Positions 15,108 to 22,552 of a DNA stretch of 36,655 nt are shown piece by piece. This DNA is from Candidatus Woesearchaeota archaeon (GTDB lineage Archaea > Nanobdellota > Nanobdellia > Woesearchaeales > DATGWN01). The notes beneath the pieces were generated by a model. It was not told the origin of the DNA. It searched no databases and worked only from the letters and a program-made list of their open reading frames with translations. The stretch lies in NCBI GenBank assembly GCA_047639395.1, contig JBLINR010000002.1:1-36655 (forward strand), in the 5' to 3' direction. Made by a program: the position numbers and the translations under genes. The first letter of the stretch is position 1. Every line of letters starts with the position of its first letter.

Positions 15108-15812
15108 TTATTTAACAACCCATTCCTTGAGAATATCTTCTTTTGTGATTGTCACACCCATACGTTTTGCCATAGCTGCAACATTTGTTGCATCACGTGC
15201 TAGATAATCAGGTGTGTTGGAATCTTCAATATTTGTAGATTGACTCATATCAATAAAAACTGGTTTTTCTTTGTCAACAAGAATATTAAACATAGATAAG
15301 TCTGCATGTACTAACTTTGCTTTTTGAATAAGCTGTTTTTGTAATTCAACAACTTCCTTGATAAATTGTTCAGGATCTTTAAGTGCAGCGTTTTTTGCTT
15401 GTAATGCTGGCGGAGTTCCTATACATTGCATTACAATAACATTGTCTTTTACTGCTAACACAGTTGGGACACGGATTCCTGCTTCTCTTGCTAATAATAA
15501 ATTTCTAAATTCTCGTTGGACCCAAGCAAAAATTATTTCTCGGCGTCTTCCTTTTAGATGTAAATATCGCGGATCACATTTAATGTAATCAAACATTTTG
15601 TTAAAATTACAATTTTCTAAACGATATATTTTAACAATAACAGGTGTGCCATCAGCTTGAAGTGCAACAAATATATTTGCTTCTTTTCCTAATGATAAAG
15701 AACTTTTTAATTCAGAATAATGGCCTTGTCCTTCTAGTTTATGGAGAACCCGTAGAGTAAACTCATCAAAGACATTATTATAGATTTTCCATTTTTCTTT
15801 TGCTGTAGGCAT
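15108..15812 (-). CDS. RIO-type serine/threonine protein kinase (Rio1-like, no N-terminal wHTH)
   Basis: GKEANIFVA, VIVKIYR, WVQREFRNLLLAREAGIRVP, LVHADLSMFNILV and FIDMSQS are RIO kinase motifs. A TATA-like TTATAAAT (15834-15841) lies 21 nt upstream of the ATG. Confidence 0.85.
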   Translation of the reverse strand: MPTAKEKWKIYNNVFDEFTLRVLHKLEGQGHYSELKSSLSLGKEANIFVALQADGTPVIVKIYRLENCNFNKMFDYIKCDPRYLHLKGRRREIIFAWVQREFRNLLLAREAGIRVPTVLAVKDNVIVMQCIGTPPALQAKNAALKDPEQFIKEVVELQKQLIQKAKLVHADLSMFNILVDKEKPVFIDMSQSTNIEDSNTPDYLARDATNVAAMAKRMGVTITKEDILKEWVVK

Positions 15813-15841
15813 AGAATTGAGGATAGATAGGCGATTTATAA

Positions 15842-16786
15842 CTACTTCGGATCTGGGTTAAAGCTCAGACTTTGAATAATAAGCTCATTTCGAGCAAACA
15901 TCTCGTTTTTTGTAACTCGGCCAGTAAGTTGTACAAGTGATCCTAATATTTTAGCATGATGTGTTTCAAACAGTTTTTCATGTTCTTTTAATTCTAATAC
16001 ACCGTCATGAGTTAAATCAAATATTTGTGCAACTTGATCTCTGAATGCGACGCAACGGATTGTTTCTGATCCGTCGTCAACTACAACATTAAGTACGTAT
16101 GCATATGTGTGTTTTTCTGGATCAAATTGATTTGTTTCATCAAGTCGAACTTTTTTATTTGTTAGTTTATCAACGGGATAAAATGAGGGTTTGTATGCTT
16201 GTACAATCACACCCATTATTTCTACAACACCTTGATCTGCGATATCGATGATTTTCACAGAAGCTGCTTGTGCAGAGCGATTCACCACTTCAATTTCAAC
16301 TCCAGGTGGGTTTACGAGCATTTTAGAAACAGAACCGAATGTTAATTCAACACGGTCTTGATTTTTTCGAATTGCAACGTTGTTTAATTGTAATATATCT
16401 TGTGGTTTTACGTCCACAAGTAAGTCTGCTTGGTCGTTCCAAAATGTTAATCGCATAACACCTGTTTCGTCACCAAGTAACACTGATTGTACACGACCTT
16501 GAGAGCCATTTCGCTCAAATGTTCGTTGATCATATGTTTGTAGAACTTTAGCGGTAACATGAGTGGATTTTTGATTGTCAGAAATTTCGTTTATTTTTAA
16601 TGGGATATGAATGTCAAGTAAATTAATTCCTAAATCATTTGCAACAACGTGTGCTGCACCTTCTCGCGAAATTAGACCTGAGAATTCTTTTAATTTTGCT
16701 TCAATTAGTCCAAGAACATCCTCTTTTGGCTGTTTTGTTCTCTCGCTGATAATTGTGACTGCTTTTTCAAATGGAATTTGTAACAT
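15842..16786 (-). CDS. Replication protein A-like ssDNA-binding protein (multiple OB folds)
   Basis: 314 aa. VTAKVLQTYDQRTFERNGSQGRVQSVLLGDETGVMRLTFWNDQA is a typical archaeal RPA OB-fold pattern. A second OB-like repeat follows. Confidence 0.7.
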   Translation of the reverse strand: MLQIPFEKAVTIISERTKQPKEDVLGLIEAKLKEFSGLISREGAAHVVANDLGINLLDIHIPLKINEISDNQKSTHVTAKVLQTYDQRTFERNGSQGRVQSVLLGDETGVMRLTFWNDQADLLVDVKPQDILQLNNVAIRKNQDRVELTFGSVSKMLVNPPGVEIEVVNRSAQAASVKIIDIADQGVVEIMGVIVQAYKPSFYPVDKLTNKKVRLDETNQFDPEKHTYAYVLNVVVDDGSETIRCVAFRDQVAQIFDLTHDGVLELKEHEKLFETHHAKILGSLVQLTGRVTKNEMFARNELIIQSLSFNPDPK

Positions 16787-16819
16787 ATGTGACCCCTATC
16801 AAATGAAATCAACTGGAAA

Positions 16820-16827
16820 TTTATATA
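16820..16827 (+). promoter_or_regulatory. TATA box (TTTATATA) for ORF 16850; possibly bidirectional with the RPA gene
   Basis: It ends 22 nt upstream of ATG 16850. On the other strand TATATAAA lies 33 nt from ATG 16786. Confidence 0.45.
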
Positions 16828-16849
16828 CTTATAGGTACCAAAGATTACA

Positions 16850-17272
16850 ATGCGTGGAAAAACTCATCTCATTTATGGTATTCTTGTGGCAGTGTTCTCT
16901 CCATCTTGGCTTATTGGAGCTGCAACTATAGTTGCAAGTGTGCTGCCAGACATTGACAGTCCGAAAAGTCTGCTTGGGAAACCATTCTTTTTTCTTAATC
17001 ATGCTGCAACGCACAGGGGCTTTATGCACAGTATATGGGCATTTATTCTGTTGGCTGCTTTGTTATCCTTGTTTTGGCCATCTGCGCTTGTATACGTTCT
17101 AGCAGGCTATGCAAGTCATCTGGTATTGGATGCATTAAATAAAAAAGGAATTCACTTATTTTATCCTTTTTTCCATATACGCGGATTCTGTAAAATGGGT
17201 GGTATTATTGAATGGTGCCTATTTTCAGTAGGAATTTTACTTATTGTAGGAAGAATTATTGCAGTAATTTAG
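16850..17272 (+). CDS. Membrane-bound metal-dependent hydrolase, DUF457/YdjM family
   Basis: 140 aa. THLIYG..., LPDIDSPKS, HRGFMHS and SHLVLDALNKKGIHLFYP match the YdjM-type pattern. Confidence 0.7.
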   Translation: MRGKTHLIYGILVAVFSPSWLIGAATIVASVLPDIDSPKSLLGKPFFFLNHAATHRGFMHSIWAFILLAALLSLFWPSALVYVLAGYASHLVLDALNKKGIHLFYPFFHIRGFCKMGGIIEWCLFSVGILLIVGRIIAVI

Positions 17273-17292
17273 GACTTCTCAAATCAAATACC

Positions 17293-17300
17293 TTTAAAAA
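17293..17300 (+). promoter_or_regulatory. TATA box (TTTAAAAA) for the KH-domain gene
   Basis: It ends 22 nt upstream of ATG 17323. Confidence 0.45.
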
Positions 17301-17322
17301 GGCCCCTGCAGTCTCTTTTTAT

Positions 17323-17910
17323 ATGGACGACATGGGTACGATACATTATGATGTAACAATTCCAAAAGCACGTATTGCAGTATTGATAGGTGCAGAAGGA
17401 TCAGTTAAACGTCAGATTGAAGAATTAACTCAAACCACAATCGTTATTGACTCTCAAGAAGGGGAAGTAGAGATTGAAGGTACTGATGTTATTGTAAGCT
17501 TTGCAGTCCGTGATATCATAAAAGCAATTGGCCGTGGATTTAATCCTGACATTGCATTATATTTACTAAAACCTGATTATGCTTTCGAATTAATTGATCT
17601 AACAGAATATCTTACTTCAAAAAACGCACTAGAGCGTGTAAAGGGCAGAATCATTGGTACTCGTGGAAAAACACGAAACACTATTGAGAAGTCTTTAGAA
17701 GTTCATATCTCAGTTTATGGAAAAACAATCGGCGTGATTGGTGAAATTGAACGAGTAAGCGCTGCTCGACAAGCAATTGAAATGATTCTTGATGGCTCAC
17801 CACATGCGAATGTATACAAATGGGTTGAAAAGAAACGAAGTTCATTAATTAAAGCTGATCTAAGTGGAAATAAAATCGAAATTAAAGACAAATTTAAGGA
17901 TTATGTCTAA
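17323..17910 (+). CDS. KH-domain RNA-binding protein (archaeal Dim2/Pno1-like)
   Basis: There are two KH modules: IPKARIAVLIGAEGSVKRQIE and GRIIGTRGKTRNTIE. The track start at 17212 overlaps the upstream gene; ATG 17323 (MDDMGTIHYDV) fits the TATA spacing. Confidence 0.8.
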   Translation: MDDMGTIHYDVTIPKARIAVLIGAEGSVKRQIEELTQTTIVIDSQEGEVEIEGTDVIVSFAVRDIIKAIGRGFNPDIALYLLKPDYAFELIDLTEYLTSKNALERVKGRIIGTRGKTRNTIEKSLEVHISVYGKTIGVIGEIERVSAARQAIEMILDGSPHANVYKWVEKKRSSLIKADLSGNKIEIKDKFKDYV

Positions 17911-17996
17911 ATTCTGTTGATGTACTTTAAAATCATAGTTTCTCGTCGAGAAACCCTGTATTTTAGCTCAGGGAATAAACACCCCTTAAGAAAACA

Positions 17997-18004
17997 TTTA
18001 TAAA
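17997..18004 (+). promoter_or_regulatory. Strong consensus TATA box (aaacaTTTATAAAtag) with no ORF at the leaderless position
   Basis: It carries the same 16-mer as the r-protein operon promoter. The predicted TSS is about 18027. No ATG/GTG/TTG-initiated ORF starts there. Confidence 0.45.
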
Positions 18005-18026
18005 TAGATACTGATTTCGTATTCCT

Positions 18027-18164
18027 AGACACATAGAGCTCCAAGTGGAGTGTTCACATTTATTATATTTATACTCGCTACCGGCCCGTCACGAGAGTAT
18101 CTCATCGAGCATCTGGATTCGTCCAAGCAATGAGTTTGAGAGTTAGTGATTCGGGCCTTTTTTT
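18027..18164 (+). ncRNA. Candidate small structured RNA of about 135 nt, or a long structured dnaG leader (class unknown)
   Basis: It runs from the predicted TSS to a T7 tract (18158-18164). GGCCCG (18083-18088) pairs with CGGGCC (18152-18157) immediately before the T-run. There is an internal TGGA-TTCG-TCCA hairpin (18114-18125). I could not recognise any tRNA, 5S or C/D-box pattern. Confidence 0.25.
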
Positions 18165-18220
18165 ATACCCAGTATCAATGGTAGGTAAAGTAAGAGTTCT
18201 ATGTGCGAGGTTATCAAAAA

Positions 18221-19504
18221 ATGGCAAAAATAAGTCCTGTATCAGGAAAATATATCATTCGCGCAGATATCAAAATTGACGGAGTCGTAGACCGACCCGA
18301 TATTATAGGAGCAATCTTCGGACAAACTGAAGGATTGCTTGGTGCACAGTTAGAACTTCGAGAACTACAGCGAAGCGGTAGAATCGGAAGAATTGAAGTA
18401 AATACACAATCTAAAGCCGGTAAGACTATTGGTGATATTGTTATTCCATCATCATTAGATAAAGCTGAAACAGTAATTGTTGCAGCAGCATTAGAAATCA
18501 TCGAACGAATTGGTCCTTGTAATTCTACTATTCTTGTAGACAAGATTGAAGATATTCGAGTTTCAAAAAGAAATCACGTTATTAAGCGTGCAAAAGAACT
18601 TTTACAAGCGATGCAGACTACTGTATTACCTGATTCTCAAGATTTAGCGGATCAAGTTGCAGAATCTGTACGAGTGATGGAAATCACAAATTACGGTAAA
18701 GATAAATTAGCAGCAGGACCGGGAATTGATAGTTCTGATGACATTATTGTTGTTGAAGGACGCGCAGATGTAGTAACTCTATTAAAACACGGATTCAAAA
18801 ACGTTATCGCAATGAACGGAAGTAACATTACGCAAACACTAATCGACTTGTGTAAAACAAAAGAAGTTACAGTATTCGTTGATGGTGATAGAGGTGGAAT
18901 TCTTAACGTAAAAGAACTTATTGAAGTAACAGAAATTGACTTTGTTGCAAGAGCTCCAGATGGAAAAGAAGTTGAAGAACTTGCTCTTAAAGAAATTCAT
19001 AAAGCACTACGATCAAAAGTTGCACCTGATCAAATGAAGTCAGAATTAGCTTCAAAAGATTCATTACGAACTCGAGCTTCATCAGCTAATGCACGAGCAT
19101 CTACAAAAACAACAACTAGTCGTTCAGACAAACCACCAGATCGAAACAGTAGAAACACACGACCTGAAAGAAGTGAATCTAGCGATGCACCGCGTACGCG
19201 AAGACCAGTAAAACCTACTGATGATCAAATGAAAACATTTGAAACAGTATTAGAGGAATTAGTTGGATCACATGCAGCAGCGTTATTAGACGAATCTATG
19301 AACACACTTGGAAAAGTTCCAGTTGCTGAATTAGAATCAACTATTGAAGGTTTTGATGATGGTATTTTTGCAGTAGTTGTAGACGGTTCAATTGTGAAAA
19401 GTCAAGCAAAAGCTGCCGAAAAAGCACATGTGAAGTTTATTGTATGTCGTGAGTCATCAGTTAAACCTGCTGAAACGCGAACAAACATCATTACAATCGC
19501 TTAA
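18221..19504 (+). CDS. dnaG: Archaeal DnaG (Toprim-domain primase-like / exosome-associated) with an internal Ser/Arg/Thr-rich insertion
   Basis: KYIIRADIKIDGVVDRPDIIGAIFGQTEGLLG...LRELQRSGRIGRIEV is the archaeal DnaG N-terminus. Toprim motifs are IIVVEGRADV...VDGDRGG. GAGG lies 10 nt upstream of ATG 18221; the track start at 18203 is a GTG. Confidence 0.9.
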   Translation: MAKISPVSGKYIIRADIKIDGVVDRPDIIGAIFGQTEGLLGAQLELRELQRSGRIGRIEVNTQSKAGKTIGDIVIPSSLDKAETVIVAAALEIIERIGPCNSTILVDKIEDIRVSKRNHVIKRAKELLQAMQTTVLPDSQDLADQVAESVRVMEITNYGKDKLAAGPGIDSSDDIIVVEGRADVVTLLKHGFKNVIAMNGSNITQTLIDLCKTKEVTVFVDGDRGGILNVKELIEVTEIDFVARAPDGKEVEELALKEIHKALRSKVAPDQMKSELASKDSLRTRASSANARASTKTTTSRSDKPPDRNSRNTRPERSESSDAPRTRRPVKPTDDQMKTFETVLEELVGSHAAALLDESMNTLGKVPVAELESTIEGFDDGIFAVVVDGSIVKSQAKAAEKAHVKFIVCRESSVKPAETRTNIITIA

Positions 19505-19506
19505 AT

Positions 19507-20292
19507 CTACACTTGTGCAGATTTGCACAAGTATTCTTTTTTTATTTTTATATTATTATAACGTAATATCTGATATACTTTTTTATCTAGTGCTTTTCTA
19601 TCTATGTCTGTTAATACACATTTCTTATTATACAATTCAATGGGATGTCTTTTCAGATGAAATGTATCTTTGTTAGATCCATATCGAATAGCAAGTACGC
19701 TATGAAGTACAGATCCCTTTTCATTAAACACAAGAGATGGCAATACGTGAATTTTTTCTGATCTTTTTGATACAGGTTTAATTCTAGTATGTTTTTGCTG
19801 TAACGCTCTTCTAAATTTTCGCATTGGTTTGATAGGAACACCCATAAAAAACACTTGGCGCTCTAAGTTTTGATAATCTGTATTTGAATGAAACACATCA
19901 AACGCTGCATGTGAATGTCCCATTGCATGTACGCGTTTACCTTTGTCTTGCAGGTATTGTTGCGCTCTATGAAATGCACCTTCGTCAACATGAAACGATG
20001 AGCCTGTTATTCTTTGTTCTATGGGTAATACAAGATCATCAAGTGTTATTTCTGTTTCCTGATATGGTAACTCTTGGACTACTTGTTTTGTCTTGACATT
20101 TGCTCCATACAAAAATGCAACTTCATATGATTTTCCTGCTAAATCGCTGATTCGTTTACTAATATAATTGGATTGTAAAATAACTCTATAGTCAACACGA
20201 ACTCTGACTCTTTCTTGTTGTTGTACAAAATCAGTTTCTTCATGTTTTGATGTTAATAATGATTCAATAGTAAATGGTGTTTGTAAATTCAT
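19507..20292 (-). CDS. JAMM/MPN+ (JAB) metalloisopeptidase
   Basis: The motif is complete in track numbering: E68 (SYEVAFLYG) ... H137-S-H139-x7-S147-x2-D150 (HSHAAFDVFHSNTD, codons 19876-19917). ATG 20292 is preceded by GGAGG at 7 nt; the track start at 20325 is a TTG. Confidence 0.8.
   Translation of the reverse strand: MNLQTPFTIESLLTSKHEETDFVQQQERVRVRVDYRVILQSNYISKRISDLAGKSYEVAFLYGANVKTKQVVQELPYQETEITLDDLVLPIEQRITGSSFHVDEGAFHRAQQYLQDKGKRVHAMGHSHAAFDVFHSNTDYQNLERQVFFMGVPIKPMRKFRRALQQKHTRIKPVSKRSEKIHVLPSLVFNEKGSVLHSVLAIRYGSNKDTFHLKRHPIELYNKKCVLTDIDRKALDKKVYQILRYNNIKIKKEYLCKSAQV
19511..19549 (+). terminator. Hairpin plus T-tract terminator for dnaG, embedded in the 3' coding end of the JAB gene on the opposite strand
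   Basis: acttgtgca-gatt-tgcacaagt (9-bp perfect stem, 19511-19532) is followed by attc TTTTTTT a TTTTT (19537-19549). Confidence 0.45.
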
Positions 20293-20294
20293 AG

Positions 20295-21533
20295 TTAGGC
20301 CTCCAGCTTTTGTTTTTTTGTGCAATGATAAAAAAGGGGTTTTTCAAGAATACGACTTTGTACTGATAATTGTTGTTGTGCTACGTATCCCATCATTGCT
20401 CCCACAATCATGTTCGGAACAATGATTGACGGGTTTGCGACTCTTGCACAACTTGCATCTCTTGTTACTGTCTGCGGTTGTAAATCGCGTTGTAATGCAA
20501 TTGTTTTTGTAAATGGTGGTGTATATTGCGTGACCACACCTTTGTGCGTTGATACTGCACCTTCAATTACTTCTATTTTGTATTTTCTTGCAAAATCGGA
20601 AATGAGTATTCGACTATTAATAGAGTCAGTGGCACAAAAAATTGTGTCGTAGGGAACTCGTGTGTGTCTGCGTTCAAGTTGTTGAATTGATTGTTCTGTA
20701 AGATATTCGTTAATTGCACACCATGTTGTTTGTGGTGCTATTCTTCCCATGATACGACAAAGACTCTGTGCTTTTTGTTGACCAACTTCTGTTGCATACA
20801 AAAATTGACGATTAAGGTTTGTTGCTTCTACTGTATCTCCATCATACACATCAATTTGTTTGTAGCGACTAAATGCTACTTGTAATGCTAAATACGTTCC
20901 AATTCCTCCGGCACCAATGATTGCAACCTGTTTGGTTTTTTTTTTCGGGAGATGAATATGTCTTTTTGTGAATGCTCTCGGGCAAAGAGTTGTTTCTTTT
21001 TGAATGATTTCTTCGTTAGCTGTTAATGGTGCAAATCGTTTTCTTATCTCGTCACTTAACATTGCACCTAATAAGGGGGAGAGTAAACTTCCTAACTCAG
21101 TAGTTGGTTGCCGACTAACAACTGCTTTGTTTGTTTTTGTTGTGGTTGCATAATAAGATGCATGCACATTTTTTGCAAGTGTTGCAAATCTTTTATTTTT
21201 TTCTTCATGTTGATCGATGCACATGTGCGGGTTATCTATGTATTGTGTAAGTAAAGGTCCACGAATAAATTTCCAATTAAGCGGGTACCTTTTTTCAAAA
21301 ATATTCTTTGCTTGACGAACACGATACTGTGTTTTTTTATCACACAGATTTTGCAATAGTACTAGTGGTGTTTGTACATTGTCAATTACTGTGACGTCTT
21401 TTACTCCTAACCCTGCAAGACCCATTAGTAGGTATTCTGATGTGAGATTTAATCCATGAATAACAATTCTTGCTTCTTCAAGTTTCTTTTGACGTTCTAG
21501 TCCTAATGCACTTATATTTGCTTCGTATACCAT
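20295..21533 (-). CDS. E1-like ThiF/MoeB-family adenylyltransferase with an N-terminal degenerate (inactive-like) repeat
   Basis: The C-terminal half has VAIIGAGGIGTY (GAGGIG codons 20898-20915), DGDTVEATNLNRQFLY and Cys362 in RDASCARVANPSIIVPNMIVGAMMG (TGT 20448-20450). In the N-terminal half, ARIVIHGLNLTSEYLLMGLAGLGVKDVTVIDN and LGSLLSPLLGAMLSDEIRK echo the same fold without a Gly-rich loop. Confidence 0.85.
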   Translation of the reverse strand: MVYEANISALGLERQKKLEEARIVIHGLNLTSEYLLMGLAGLGVKDVTVIDNVQTPLVLLQNLCDKKTQYRVRQAKNIFEKRYPLNWKFIRGPLLTQYIDNPHMCIDQHEEKNKRFATLAKNVHASYYATTTKTNKAVVSRQPTTELGSLLSPLLGAMLSDEIRKRFAPLTANEEIIQKETTLCPRAFTKRHIHLPKKKTKQVAIIGAGGIGTYLALQVAFSRYKQIDVYDGDTVEATNLNRQFLYATEVGQQKAQSLCRIMGRIAPQTTWCAINEYLTEQSIQQLERRHTRVPYDTIFCATDSINSRILISDFARKYKIEVIEGAVSTHKGVVTQYTPPFTKTIALQRDLQPQTVTRDASCARVANPSIIVPNMIVGAMMGYVAQQQLSVQSRILEKPLFYHCTKKQKLEA

Positions 21534-22540
21534 TGTGTTTTATGTTGTAATGAACGTGGGTAATGAACAGGGGCGCAGTCTGGTGTATATCCAAACATGA
21601 GTACATTTTTTGCATAGTGCATTGCAGTTGCTAACTTAGTTGCAGTTTCTTCATTTTTTGGCATCCAAGAATTTTGATGTAAGTTAATTTTATTGAACCG
21701 AGAACTACCATTATAACAAATGGATCCATTTGAAAAAACAAAAAAATGTTCATATCCTTTTCGTGCTCTTGGAAATTGAGTAATAAGGCATTCATCTTGC
21801 GTATGTGTTATACGAAGAGTGAGTTGCGTTGCATCAAAATAATATTTTTGTGATTCTGCCTCCACTTCGTGTGCGGGTTGTTTTGTAGACAATACAATTG
21901 TTTGTTCGTCTATTTTTTTGAGTCTACAATTTTGATTATGCTGCGTGTGATCTCTATCGAATTCTTTTTGTGGTAATATCTTTTTTTGATAATGTTGATT
22001 CCAAAATGTTGTTTGTGGAATTCTGATGGGCTGTTTTGAAAAAAAGTGCCTACCAACTGAAAAATCAACATTTGGTCTTGGTTCTACTGGCACGAGAAGT
22101 TGTGTGTTTTTCTGTGTGAAATATGTGTTTGGTAAAATTATTTTTTGTTCTTTTGTTTGTTTTCCTTCTGGATTGGTTTGTGTTTCTTTTTTTGGCTGGT
22201 ACCACTGTAAATAAGCATCCGTGAGTTTTTTCCAAAAAGTATCAACCTGTTGTTCTTCTAAAAACCACTGTATATCTTCGCAGATCTCTGCTGGTTTTCC
22301 AAGTATAGTTGCAGTTGCATTTTTTTTGTTTATTGCAGGTACGTATACAGTATTATTAAACAGTACTGCTTGTTTTGTTTCTGCTAATAATTCTTGTAAT
22401 GGTGGTTTGGTTTGCGGCACAGGTGTTTTTTGACTAAAAATATGTGTTGGTTGTATACGCGGTTGCAGTTGTCGTACTACTCGGAAAGTTGTACGTGGCT
22501 GTATGTAAAATATTTGTCCCTGTACGATAGTTTGATTCAT
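21512..22540 (-). CDS. E2-like (UBC-fold) protein with an N-terminal region of about 220 aa of unknown function
   Basis: The C-terminal region reads YEH265FFVFSNGSIC275YNG...NSW292MP...LATAMHYAKNVL. This compares with the UBE2D active site [21 protein letters not shown] (from memory). The Cys codon is TGT at 21716-21718. The N-terminal part is Gln/Pro/Lys/Thr-rich with no recognisable motif. Confidence 0.6.
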   Translation of the reverse strand: MNQTIVQGQIFYIQPRTTFRVVRQLQPRIQPTHIFSQKTPVPQTKPPLQELLAETKQAVLFNNTVYVPAINKKNATATILGKPAEICEDIQWFLEEQQVDTFWKKLTDAYLQWYQPKKETQTNPEGKQTKEQKIILPNTYFTQKNTQLLVPVEPRPNVDFSVGRHFFSKQPIRIPQTTFWNQHYQKKILPQKEFDRDHTQHNQNCRLKKIDEQTIVLSTKQPAHEVEAESQKYYFDATQLTLRITHTQDECLITQFPRARKGYEHFFVFSNGSICYNGSSRFNKINLHQNSWMPKNEETATKLATAMHYAKNVLMFGYTPDCAPVHYPRSLQHKTQWYTKQI

Positions 22541-22552
22541 GTATGTTCCTAG

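Noticed and set aside
18081-18158. A GC-clamped structure of about 75 nt, tested as a possible tRNA
   Set aside because: There is no 7-bp acceptor stem, no GTTCRA T-loop next to the 3' strand and no D-arm consensus. It is kept only as part of an unclassified ncRNA/leader candidate.
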